Source: Bdellovibrionales bacterium
Lineage (GTDB): Bacteria; Bdellovibrionota; Bdellovibrionia; Bdellovibrionales; UBA1609
DNA length: 64,000 nt
Assembly: GCA_027317865.1 (NCBI GenBank)
Contig: DAHVQG010000010.1
Location: 1 to 64,000 of the forward strand
Direction of reading: 5' to 3'
In this document: positions 10,582 through 19,858 of the stretch, one piece after another
How the letters are laid out: every line of letters begins with the position of its first letter
Position numbering within the stretch: position 1 is the first letter of the stretch
Program-made: the position numbers and the translations under genes
The notes under the pieces: model-generated
The model's input: the letters and a program-made list of their open reading frames with translations, nothing else
Told to the model about the DNA's origin: nothing
The model's database searches: none

Positions 10582-12186
10582 TTGCTAATGGCAAAAGTCG
10601 CCTCATTCCTAATAAAGCCTGCTAAAGTCATGTTATTTGCATTTTGTGTTGGCGTGGTGGCCTGGGTTTGCTTCTCGTCTGTCTACTATGCGTCTGGGAT
10701 TGGCTACTTTGATCACGCTGAACCTAACATTGCCAGCGTCGCCGCCTTTTGGTTACGCGGCTACGTGATCTATCACACCAAAAGTTCGCCTTATATTTAT
10801 TCGCTTTTGTACGGACCGCTGCCTGTATTAATAAACGCCCTCTTTCAGCAAATCAGCTTTAATACAATCGTAGCCTCGAAAGTCCCCGGCGTTATTGCGC
10901 TTATTGCGGGTCTTATTTGTTTTTATTTTGCGCTTATTAAAAATAATATTTCATCTTCAAAAGCCGTCGTGGCACTTGCCCTATTATGTCTCGGCTATTG
11001 TTATTTTACTAATACGGCTTACTGGGATAGACCTGATTCTTATATTTTGCTTTTTGTTTCTTTAGCTCTATGGTTATTGTCAGTCGATACAAATATTTCA
11101 ATATTCAAAGTCGTAGCTATCGGGCTATGCGTGGGCAGCGCGACCGCATGCAAGATACACGGTTCTTTATATTTTATACCTTTTTTAGTTTTGAGTTTAA
11201 CAACTCACGCTAAAGACCCCTTACGAAATCAAAAAACAGCATTGCTTCTTGGCGCGGCGGCATTAGGCGCATTTTGGATGTTTATCCTACACGGGATCGA
11301 TCTCAAGCCCTACATTTTCTGGCTTTACGTAGCTACAAAACAAGGGCTTTTGTTTCATTCGTTTAGGGACAATGTACAGTTTGCCATACCACTTTTGTTG
11401 GCCGTTGGAGCTTGCTACGCGTTTGACGATGGGCTCGCAATATTTGCTTCGTTTGCGATTTGCATTCTTTTGCTTTGCATAATTGGAGCCAAGCCCGGAG
11501 CTGGCACACATCATATTATGCCGATGATCCCTGTTGCGATCTTTTTAACCGCCCTCAGGTACGAACGAGTTTCTGTCGCACGAAGACGGGTGGCGCAACT
11601 GGCCGCCATTGCTTTCGTAGGGATTGTTGTGCCAACGGCGATTCAGAAACAACTGCGCCTCTGGCATTACCTTCGATCGGCAAACTCAAATAGTTTGGCC
11701 GCGCAAGAAATTAAAAAAATTATCTCGTCCAACTCAGGGCTAATTGCTATGGGCTACACAAGCGATAAACAGGTTCGGCCGACATTTTTAATGCCGATGT
11801 TAGTCGCAAAGAAAAATGGAATACTATTAATCGACGCAGCAGCATTAATGGATATGGAGTTTTCGGGGCTTAAAATATCGAAAGCGGCGCTCGACAATAT
11901 TTCAAAGTGCAAAATACCGACAATTGTTTTACCCAAATACGGCAAGCCCTGGACTATTACAAACTGGTACAACGGTGCGCCGCTGTTCAGTTCCGAATGG
12001 CAAAGCACATTTCAAAAGGTCTACGAACTAAAGCGGGTAGGAGAATATTTTTCGATTTATAAATGCACGTCGAAATCAATTGTTGCGTTGTTGCGCGGGA
12101 GACCCGCTGGACCATCGCCAAAGCATTCAGTAGCTGCGCTGGCCACTTTTCATAAAATGCCGTATCGGACGAACGATTTTCTTTAA
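10582..12186 (+). CDS. Polytopic membrane protein, probable GT-C-fold glycosyltransferase (paralog 2)
   Basis: Shares VAA.WLRG..IY, YSLLYGPLP.LINALFQ, WDRPDSY and K.GAG.HH with 8869..10485; start uncertain. Confidence 0.6.
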   Translation: MLMAKVASFLIKPAKVMLFAFCVGVVAWVCFSSVYYASGIGYFDHAEPNIASVAAFWLRGYVIYHTKSSPYIYSLLYGPLPVLINALFQQISFNTIVASKVPGVIALIAGLICFYFALIKNNISSSKAVVALALLCLGYCYFTNTAYWDRPDSYILLFVSLALWLLSVDTNISIFKVVAIGLCVGSATACKIHGSLYFIPFLVLSLTTHAKDPLRNQKTALLLGAAALGAFWMFILHGIDLKPYIFWLYVATKQGLLFHSFRDNVQFAIPLLLAVGACYAFDDGLAIFASFAICILLLCIIGAKPGAGTHHIMPMIPVAIFLTALRYERVSVARRRVAQLAAIAFVGIVVPTAIQKQLRLWHYLRSANSNSLAAQEIKKIISSNSGLIAMGYTSDKQVRPTFLMPMLVAKKNGILLIDAAALMDMEFSGLKISKAALDNISKCKIPTIVLPKYGKPWTITNWYNGAPLFSSEWQSTFQKVYELKRVGEYFSIYKCTSKSIVALLRGRPAGPSPKHSVAALATFHKMPYRTNDFL

Positions 12187-12990
12187 ATAATACGAAAGCG
12201 TGCGGGGGCGAACGTCGACTAATGGAAAGTTAGCGGCAAGGGCGCGCTGGCTCAACTGGTGTTCGCAGATAATTGAAAGCGTTTTGGCTTGCACGTCGGG
12301 TAAAGACTCATCTGTTAGCTTTACTTTTGAATGCCACGAGTGTTTAAAAATGCCGTCGGTTGAGTCGGAATAGAGCCAAGTTGCAAGGTACTGTTGATAG
12401 CGGCTGACAAGCGGGCCGTTTGGATCAAAAAACGGATTAACCTTGCCCGTAAATATTTCGCTCGATCGGTTTCTGATGGCAAAGGGCGACAATTTTTCAA
12501 TTACAGAATATGGAGCAATGAAAAAACTGGTTCTTACCCAGCTAGTAAAGGGCTTTTTATCAAATGAAACTTTCGTTGGGTACCGGTCGACATAGCCAAC
12601 CAGGCCGCATTTTTGTAGACCACGTGAAACTTTTTTGGTGGTGAAAAAATCAAGGTAATGAATGCCGTAAGAGCGATGAAAAGTATCGTTTGCCATAATC
12701 AAAATATCATCGGCCGAAGGCGCATATTCAGACTGCAATAGGCGAATTGCAACATCCCATCCCGAAAACTCACGCACACTGTTGTCGCCGCCAATTAAAC
12801 TATAATCATCGTGTTTGGCAACTGACGAGTTCGGCGAAAGCTTGTTGTCGACGACAAGAATCAACGGCTCGCAGCCTGCGAATAATTTCTCAACCTTTTT
12901 GCGCAGGATTTGCAATCCGGATTCAAGATGCGTGTCGCCATATATCAAATAAATGACGTAGATTTTCGATTTGTCGCTCATGAGAGGCAC
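12127..12990 (-). CDS. Hypothetical protein, possibly a divergent RgpF-like glycan enzyme
   Basis: 287-aa ORF; REFSGWD and MANDT resemble RDFGSW and ANDS of the RgpF domains. Confidence 0.5.
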   Translation of the reverse strand: MPLMSDKSKIYVIYLIYGDTHLESGLQILRKKVEKLFAGCEPLILVVDNKLSPNSSVAKHDDYSLIGGDNSVREFSGWDVAIRLLQSEYAPSADDILIMANDTFHRSYGIHYLDFFTTKKVSRGLQKCGLVGYVDRYPTKVSFDKKPFTSWVRTSFFIAPYSVIEKLSPFAIRNRSSEIFTGKVNPFFDPNGPLVSRYQQYLATWLYSDSTDGIFKHSWHSKVKLTDESLPDVQAKTLSIICEHQLSQRALAANFPLVDVRPRTLSYYLKKIVRPIRHFMKSGQRSY

Positions 12991-13166
12991 GAAGATAACT
13001 CACCGTATTTGATTTTCAATCGAAAATACGTTTGGTTGCGACGTTTTAAAACGACGATTGCTTTTTTGGCGCGAAAACGACACAATTTTTAGATCGCCAA
13101 TAAATTAGCAATCCAGTGCAACTTTATGCGATGAGCGCAGCATTGGCATTTTTTTGAGGGGGTCAC

Positions 13167-13787
13167 ATGACGGCATGGCATAGAAAAAATTGGGCGCGCA
13201 TCCTTTGTTTAACCGTGGCGGGGGCGTTTGCTGTGACGTCACTTTCGGGGTGCTTAGCGGGGAATTTTGGGCTGACGCGAAAAATAGCCCAGTGGAATTT
13301 GGGGTTTTCACCTGTCCCGCGAGTGATTATTTGCGTCGCCCTTTATGTTATCCCCGTTTACGAATTGTCGGCCGTTTTTGACGTATTGCTGAACAATACG
13401 GTGGAGTTTTGGACAAACCAACCGATCATAACGGCTGAAAACCAAGTTTTTCATAAAGATGGCTATCGGATCGTCATGAGCAACAGGCGCAATCCGCTAA
13501 AAAGCTCGACGTTTTCGGTTTATAACAAAGAAGGCCAACTTGAATCGGTGAGTGAACTGCGCGAAACAAAAAACGGCGCAATTGATGTCTACGTCAACGG
13601 CGAACTCAAAGCGCAGGTTCAATCGCTTCACGCGGGGCTTGCCGAAATTTCGGTGATGAACCCGACCGATCCGCAAATCATAAACGTGAACGCCCCGAAA
13701 GAAGCAAAAAAACTTGATTTTACGAAGCTTCGCGAGGTGCGAAAAATGCTCGCCCAAAACGAACTCGTCGCGCAAGCCGCGAAATAA
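13167..13787 (+). CDS. DUF3332-like lipoprotein
   Basis: Signal peptide with lipobox LSGC; GNFGLTRK..WN and D.LLNNTVEFWT typical of DUF3332; RBS GAGGGGG. Confidence 0.7.
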   Translation: MTAWHRKNWARILCLTVAGAFAVTSLSGCLAGNFGLTRKIAQWNLGFSPVPRVIICVALYVIPVYELSAVFDVLLNNTVEFWTNQPIITAENQVFHKDGYRIVMSNRRNPLKSSTFSVYNKEGQLESVSELRETKNGAIDVYVNGELKAQVQSLHAGLAEISVMNPTDPQIINVNAPKEAKKLDFTKLREVRKMLAQNELVAQAAK

Positions 13788-13877
13788 TCGGCGACGAAGT
13801 AAGAGCGGGGCGCAAGCCGCGAAATAGTCGGCGGCTGGGTAAGCAGCGAGGCAATCGGCAGCCGGGGTAGCGCGCGG
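13770..13877 (+). repeat. Degenerate tandem repeat, two 40-bp units (GCGCAAGCCGCGAAATA(A/G)TCGGCG...GTAAG) plus a partial third
   Basis: Units start at 13770 and 13810; partial GCGAGGCAATCGGC at about 13846, seen again at about 14668. Confidence 0.8.
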
Positions 13878-13931
13878 CATGCCGATTGTAAGCCACTTCA
13901 CAATTCACTTAAAGTCTGACAAAATTGGACT

Positions 13932-14315
13932 ATGAAAAGGCATGAAGCATGGTTAAAACAGGCGCATAGCGAGCTTCGATTCGGTAAATTGGCGGCGGAC
14001 AACCAATTTTATGCCCAAGCCTGTTTTATTGCCCAACAAGCGGCTGAAATGGCACTAAAGGCAATTGCATTTTACCGGCGAGCGGAATTGGTAAAGGCAC
14101 ACTCCATAAAGAACATTGCTCAAGCGCTTGGAATTAACGGAAAAATTGAAGGCTATGGGCGAAAATTGGATATGTACTATACGTCGACCCGTTATCCAGA
14201 TGCCCTGCCGGACAACATCGTACCGGCTGAATTTTTTACGCTCGAACAGGCAGGTGAAGCGCTACAGATGGCCGAAGAAATTTTGAAAATCGCGGATGAT
14301 GAGGTTCAGCCATGA
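13932..14315 (+). CDS. HEPN domain protein
   Basis: ACFIAQQAAEMALKA, HS, LD.YYTSTRYPDA typical of HEPN proteins paired with MNT. Confidence 0.88.
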   Translation: MKRHEAWLKQAHSELRFGKLAADNQFYAQACFIAQQAAEMALKAIAFYRRAELVKAHSIKNIAQALGINGKIEGYGRKLDMYYTSTRYPDALPDNIVPAEFFTLEQAGEALQMAEEILKIADDEVQP

Positions 14316-14653
14316 ACGTAATCAAATGGCCTGATCCGAAATTTGACCTCACGGCATATAATGCGGATGAGCTCAGACATAAATTTGCCGAACGTCTGCG
14401 TGGCCGCGCACTGCGTGCGTATTTTTTCGGTAGCTTTGCAAGCGCGAGCGCCAACCACGAAAGTGATATCGACATGGTGATTATAAAAGAGACGAGCGAA
14501 AATTTCGTTTCGCGATCTCTTGAGTTTGCGGACTTATTTGATATCTTTCCGCGACTGGATATTCTCATTTACACACCCGGTGAATTTAAACGAATTCTTG
14601 AGAGCGAAGACGGCTTTTTTAAAGGCGCGACCTTATCCGAAATTCCGTTGTGA
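14312..14653 (+). CDS. Minimal nucleotidyltransferase (MNT)
   Basis: YFFGSFA...SDIDMVII (GS-x10-DxD), DILIYTP.E; ATGA overlap with HEPN gene. Confidence 0.88.
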   Translation: MNVIKWPDPKFDLTAYNADELRHKFAERLRGRALRAYFFGSFASASANHESDIDMVIIKETSENFVSRSLEFADLFDIFPRLDILIYTPGEFKRILESEDGFFKGATLSEIPL

Positions 14654-14739
14654 TTTCACGAAGCTTCGCGAGGCAATCGGCGAATAGGTAGGCAGTGAGG
14701 TTATCAAGTTGACCATACTCAATAAATGGCGTACAAATA

Positions 14740-15903
14740 TTGGGTATGGTCAACAGACTGGTTAAGCTCTCGCGCTCGAATAGTTTTTTTCTCTTTGGTC
14801 CGCGTGGTGTGGGCAAAACGAGCTTGCTGAAGGCAAAATATCCCCCAAACAAAGACGTGTATTACATCGATTTGCTCCTGCCGAAGACGGAAGATCGCTA
14901 CAGATTATCACCCGAGGCCCTTCGCGCCGAGGTCCTAGAGAGCGAACCAGAGTGGGTTATTATCGATGAGGTTCAAAAGCTGCCGCGCCTGCTTGACGTC
15001 GTTCATTCGTTAATCGAAGAAACTCGGCAAAAGTTTATTCTTACTGGCTCGAGCGCTCGCAAACTCAAGAGGGGGGCTGCAAACCTGCTTGCCGGTAGAG
15101 CCTTCACTTATCACCTGCATCCCTTTACTTCGGTGGAGTTGGGGTCCAACTTTGACTTGGGTATGGCGCTCGAATGGGGCCTACTACCACAGGTAGTGTC
15201 GTTTCAAGAGGCCGACGACAAAAAAGAATTTCTCTTATCGTACAGTCTTAGCTATTTAAAAGAAGAAATTCAGGCAGAGCAGGTTGTACGGCGTGTTGAT
15301 CCGTTTCGATTCTTCTTACAAATCGCGGCACAAATGAATGGTAAACCGATCAACTATTCGAAGATTGCCAAAGATGTCGGCGTCGACACAACCACAGTGC
15401 AAAATTATTTTTCTATTCTTGAAGATACGCTAATTGGATTTTATTTAACGAGCTATCACAAATCTATCCGCAAACGGCAAAGAGGTGCGCCTAAATTTTA
15501 TTTTTTCGACCCTGGGGTCGTACGCGCACTCAACGACACCCTTGACGTCCCAATGCGCCCTCAAACGTACATGTTCGGTGAGGCATTCGAACATTTTTTG
15601 ATTCTTGAGATTCGCAAGCTTGCAGATTATAAACGGAAAAGTTGGAGCTATTCATATCTTCAAACAAAAGACGACGTCGAAATCGATTTGATAATTGAAG
15701 AAAAAGGAAAGCGCACGGTTTGTATCGAAATCAAATCGGGGATTTCGATCCGCGAAAGCGACATAAAACAGTTCATCAAATTGACGTCGGCCATGAAAAA
15801 TGTTGAGGCGCTATGTTTGTCAAACGATTCGGTAGCTAAACGGTTCGGTGATGTCCGATGTCTGCACTGGCGCGACGGGCTCAGAACATTGGGGCTTATT
15901 TAG
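14740..15903 (+). CDS. AAA+ ATPase with DUF4143-type C-terminal domain
   Basis: Walker A GPRGVGKT, IIDEVQK, ILTGSS, LAGRA, KFYFFDPG, EIDLII, IEIK. Confidence 0.88.
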   Translation: MGMVNRLVKLSRSNSFFLFGPRGVGKTSLLKAKYPPNKDVYYIDLLLPKTEDRYRLSPEALRAEVLESEPEWVIIDEVQKLPRLLDVVHSLIEETRQKFILTGSSARKLKRGAANLLAGRAFTYHLHPFTSVELGSNFDLGMALEWGLLPQVVSFQEADDKKEFLLSYSLSYLKEEIQAEQVVRRVDPFRFFLQIAAQMNGKPINYSKIAKDVGVDTTTVQNYFSILEDTLIGFYLTSYHKSIRKRQRGAPKFYFFDPGVVRALNDTLDVPMRPQTYMFGEAFEHFLILEIRKLADYKRKSWSYSYLQTKDDVEIDLIIEEKGKRTVCIEIKSGISIRESDIKQFIKLTSAMKNVEALCLSNDSVAKRFGDVRCLHWRDGLRTLGLI

Positions 15904-16135
15904 CACTCATGTGATCAAAAAATCTTTTATCAAATTTGTAGTGGCCACGCGAGGCGGACAATCGTCCAAATTCTGGGCTGTAAATTGCAAATCGCGCCCA
16001 CGAACTCCGCCTGAGTAAAGACGATCTTACGCATAAACCCGCTTTGTTGTGATCGGCGGGCAATCCGCCTTTGGCCTTGTCATTGCACGGGAAGTCTCTT
16101 GCAAATTGGCAATTACCCAAGTGGAGGCTGCATAA

Positions 16136-17075
16136 ATGGACCCACAAACAAGACCGGTAAAGCCGGCAAAAGCGACGCTGCATTTAAAAAATCAACCTAA
16201 TCCGCATTCAAAATCGCAAACAAAACCAAAACAAAAATCGCAAACAAAACACCGCTACGATTGGATGCCCGACTTGCCCGACCACCGCGATTTTAATTTT
16301 TCAGAGCAAATCGCGTTGCCGGAGCAGATCCCCGATCTAGTGGATTTGCGCGCGCAGTGTTCGCCGGTTGAAAATCAAGGTAACATGGGCAGTTGTACCG
16401 GTAACGCCATTGCGGGCCTTGTTGAATTTTTGGAACTTGCCGATTTGAAAACACACAACGACGCCGAACCTGAAGTTTTCAACGACTGGCAACATTCAGT
16501 GCAAACATTCAGTGCAATATTCAGGGCAACATTCAGGGCCATATTCAAACGTGAGCCGGCTATTTATTTATTATAATGAGCGCGAACTCTCGGGCACAAC
16601 GGGCAGTGATTCCGGTTCAACCATTCGAAACGGCATGAAAGCAATCGCAACTTGGGGAGTGTGTCGTGAAAAGTTGTGGTCCTATACCGATAATCACCTC
16701 CTCGAAAAACCGGCGGCGAAAGCTTACGGCGAAGGGGCAAAACATCGCATTGGTTCTTATCTTCGTATAAGCGATCTTGAAACGGGCCTTCAGTGCCTGG
16801 CCACGGGCTTGCCGTTTGTGTTTGGGTTTACGGTTTTTCAATCGTTTGAATCACCTGAAGTGGCTAAAACGGGTATTGTGCCATTGCCCACAAAAGGCGA
16901 GCAGGTTTTAGGTGGTCATGCTGTTATGGCGGCCGGCTACGATCTCAATAAGGAGTGGCTTATTGTGCGTAACAGTTGGGGCGTAAAATGGGGCGATCAC
17001 GGCTATTTCTACATGCCGTTTGCGTACCTGACGACATTACACTTGGCGCAAGATTTTTGGACGATTCGAAACTAA
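16136..17075 (+). pseudogene. Papain-like (C1) cysteine peptidase split by a +1 frameshift
   Basis: Catalytic Cys motif (NQGNMGSC) in 16136..16576; His (GGHAV) and Asn (RNSWG) in another frame, 16512..17075; the break falls in a 12-bp repeat. Confidence 0.8.
16490..16550 (+). repeat. Five-unit 12-bp tandem repeat (CAA(C/T)ATTCAG(T/G)G-like) with one 13-bp unit
   Basis: caacattcagtg / caaacattcagtg / caatattcaggg / caacattcaggg / ccatattcaaac. Confidence 0.9.
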
Positions 17076-18478
17076 GGTGCAAAACGCGCCGTTGTTAAAC
17101 CGTGCTTTTGATAAAAAGGCGTGAGCTTTTGCTCAATCAGGTTGCGCGCTACCTTGAGATCCACATCGTCGCTTGAAGTTGCCGTTAGCGCGAGTTCTTC
17201 AAGAATTTCGCTTTGAATTCTCCCGGCCTCTTGCGCCAGCTTGTACGGGATAAGCGTGTACGTGACCATAGCGTAGCGCGAGCGATAAAGCTCGGGGAAT
17301 TCATGTTCGATGCGCGCTTCAATTTTTTTCTTAAGTTGAAATTGCGCTTGACCCACGCGATCACGCATTTCAATAAAATTATCGAGCGCCATGTCCGCTA
17401 TGGCATTGGCGTTTGGCCTTTGAATTGAATCAAACTCATTAAGCGCATGGGCCCACAAATTTTTATTTTTCACGTTATTTTGCTGGTTATTTTTTGGTGC
17501 GCGATCCAAAATTGTTGCAAGCGTAGTGCAGTCTTCAAAGCCAAGATTCATCCCTTGCCCGAAAAACGGAACAATGGCATGGGCCGCATCACCAATGAGA
17601 CAAAATGAACCTTCATAAATCCAAGTTGAGGCGCGAACGGTGCCGAGACGACCTTGCGGATTTTTCATAAAATCTTCGAGATAATTCGGAATCAAATCAA
17701 GCGCATCTGAAAACTGCGACTGAAAAAGTTTTTTGATATCGGCTTCAGTGCGCAAATTTTCAAAGGACCATTCGTGATGAGCGCGGGGCAAATAAAGTGT
17801 AACTGTGAAATCTCCCGCCGTGTTGGGGAGGGCCATCATCATATGCGTGCCGCGCGGCCAAATGTGAAGCGCATGCAAATCCATTTTTGCGCCGAGATTT
17901 TTCGGGATCGCAAGTTCTTTGTAATCGGTATCTAGCCAGTCTGTTTGAACTTGAGTGGCGCCGGCACGCTCAAGGGCGTGGCGTGCCACAGAGCCCGCAC
18001 CGTCAGCGGCAAAAAAAAGATCGTATTGAGTCGCGCGCGGGGATGCATGGCTCACGGCCGTTTCAAAAGTACAAACGCGAGATTTTAGGTCGACCGAGGT
18101 GAGACGAGAATCAAATTCGATTTTGACGCCGGCTTCGGCGGCTTTTTTAAGTAAAAATGAATTCAGTTCTGAGCGCGAAATCGAGTAGTTACATTCGTTG
18201 TCGTCGCGTCCGTAAGGTTGAAAAGCGAGATCACCTTTAAGGGAGTGAATCATGCGCCCGCGCACTGAAACGGTTAGATTTTTTGCTTCACTCCATAAAC
18301 CCAGTTCGTTGAGAGCGTGAATTCCGCGCGAGGTGATGACAAGGTTGATGGAGCGGCGAGATTCCACCGTTTGTGCGTCACTTCGGCGCTCGTGTAAATG
18401 CACTTCATAACCGCGGCGGCGTAAGAAAAGTGCCAAAAGTGGGCCGACAAGGCCCGCGCCGGCGATGACAACTTTCAT
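17072..18478 (-). CDS. kmo: Kynurenine 3-monooxygenase
   Basis: GAGLVG, RSINL, LHIWPRG..MMMALPN, GDAAHAIVPFFGQGMNLGFED; downstream of kynureninase. Confidence 0.92.
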   Translation of the reverse strand: MKVVIAGAGLVGPLLALFLRRRGYEVHLHERRSDAQTVESRRSINLVITSRGIHALNELGLWSEAKNLTVSVRGRMIHSLKGDLAFQPYGRDDNECNYSISRSELNSFLLKKAAEAGVKIEFDSRLTSVDLKSRVCTFETAVSHASPRATQYDLFFAADGAGSVARHALERAGATQVQTDWLDTDYKELAIPKNLGAKMDLHALHIWPRGTHMMMALPNTAGDFTVTLYLPRAHHEWSFENLRTEADIKKLFQSQFSDALDLIPNYLEDFMKNPQGRLGTVRASTWIYEGSFCLIGDAAHAIVPFFGQGMNLGFEDCTTLATILDRAPKNNQQNNVKNKNLWAHALNEFDSIQRPNANAIADMALDNFIEMRDRVGQAQFQLKKKIEARIEHEFPELYRSRYAMVTYTLIPYKLAQEAGRIQSEILEELALTATSSDDVDLKVARNLIEQKLTPFYQKHGLTTARFAP

Positions 18479-19821
18479 AGCGTTTCTCGCAAGACGGTCA
18501 CGAGCCGGTAAACATCTTCAAAAGAATTATAAAGCGGTACGGGGGCCATTCGAAAAATATCAGGCTCGCGAAAATCGACCACAGCGCCGCGCTCTTTGAG
18601 TTTCGCTTCAATTTGTTTATGCGCGTGTGTCAGAGGCGATTCTGTCGCGTGCTCGGCCCCACCGGCGCTTAAAAGGCGCACACAAAGCATGGCGCCGCGT
18701 TCTTGAGCTGGCGTTACGATTTCGACTTTTTCGCCTAAATGGCGCTTTAATAGCCATTCTAAATATCCCGTGAGGAGGTCACTTTTTTTACGAAGTGCCG
18801 GCATCGTGGCGCGGGCAAAAATTTCGGTTGATGCGCGCAAAGCCGCAAGTTGAAAAATTGGGGGATTACTCAATTGCCACGCTTCAGCCGTGGGAATGGG
18901 GTCAAATTTGGGGCCCATTTCAAATCGTGTTTGTTTATTGTGCCCCCACCATCCGGCAAAACGGGGAATGTTTAGATCTTGAAGGTGCCGTTCGTGCACA
19001 AATGCACCTGCAATACCGCCAGGGCCCGAGTTTAAATATTTGTAAGAGCACCAGACGGCAAAATCGACATTTTCGTCGTGAAGTTTAAGTAAAAGATTGC
19101 CGGCACCATGAGCCAGATTAAAACCGACAAATGCCCCCACTTTTCGCGCAGCCTTTACGATTTCAGCCGTCTCGAACGCTTGACCGGAGAGATAATTGCA
19201 CTGGCCGAGCATCACAACGGCGAGTGAGTCGCCGAGCGCGTAGATTTGCCTTAAAATCTGTTCAGTTTCGAGAGTCATGGCGGCGTCTGAGTCGGTCACG
19301 CGGGGTTTTAGTTCAACAACAGCACGGCTGGGGTCAAACCCATGAAAGCGGGTTTGCGAATCGACGGCGTAACGATCAGACGGGAAGGCATTGTTTTCGA
19401 TCAAAATGCGAAATCGCGACGAAGTCGGCCGGTAAAAACTCACAAGCATTAAATGCAAATTGGCGGTAAGCGAGTTCATGGCCACGACTTCTTTTGGTTG
19501 TGCCCCGACAATATGAGCTAAATTTTCACTTACTGTTTCGTGGTACGGCAGCCATGGGTTTTTTGCCGAAAAATGGCCGGCCACGCCAAGGCGCGACCAC
19601 TCGTCAAGCTCAAGATCGATGTATTCACGGGCGTGTTTAGGCATAAGCCCCAAAGAATGGCCGGCAAAATAAAATTGCGGCGTATTATTAGGCGTAAGAG
19701 GAATATGAAACTCGTCTCGAAAGGCGTGTAGGGGGTCGTCGAGATCAAGGCGCTGAGCGCCCTGTAAAGAATCGTGTTCTTGCGAAAATTCTGGCATCCT
19801 GACTCCGGTACTGTTAGACAA
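18475..19821 (-). CDS. kynU: Kynureninase
   Basis: GHSLGLMPK, MNSLTANLHLM, AFPSD.YA, WCSYKYLNSGPG (PLP lysine), GWWGH, WQLSNPP. Confidence 0.93.
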   Translation of the reverse strand: MSNSTGVRMPEFSQEHDSLQGAQRLDLDDPLHAFRDEFHIPLTPNNTPQFYFAGHSLGLMPKHAREYIDLELDEWSRLGVAGHFSAKNPWLPYHETVSENLAHIVGAQPKEVVAMNSLTANLHLMLVSFYRPTSSRFRILIENNAFPSDRYAVDSQTRFHGFDPSRAVVELKPRVTDSDAAMTLETEQILRQIYALGDSLAVVMLGQCNYLSGQAFETAEIVKAARKVGAFVGFNLAHGAGNLLLKLHDENVDFAVWCSYKYLNSGPGGIAGAFVHERHLQDLNIPRFAGWWGHNKQTRFEMGPKFDPIPTAEAWQLSNPPIFQLAALRASTEIFARATMPALRKKSDLLTGYLEWLLKRHLGEKVEIVTPAQERGAMLCVRLLSAGGAEHATESPLTHAHKQIEAKLKERGAVVDFREPDIFRMAPVPLYNSFEDVYRLVTVLRETL

Positions 19822-19858
19822 AGATTTGAGATGGGCTCAGTCATACCAGTGAGTTGAG

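Noticed and set aside
13770-13877. Possible CRISPR array
   Set aside because: Only two full units plus a fragment, the variable parts are short and related to each other, and no cas genes are present
15900-15926. CIRCE element (TTAGCACTC)
   Set aside because: Only the left arm is present, no GAGTGCTAA after 9 nt, and it lies at a gene end far from groESL
15896-16183. 95-aa minus-strand ORF between the ATPase and the protease
   Set aside because: No recognisable motif or RBS, unusual composition, overlaps both neighbours
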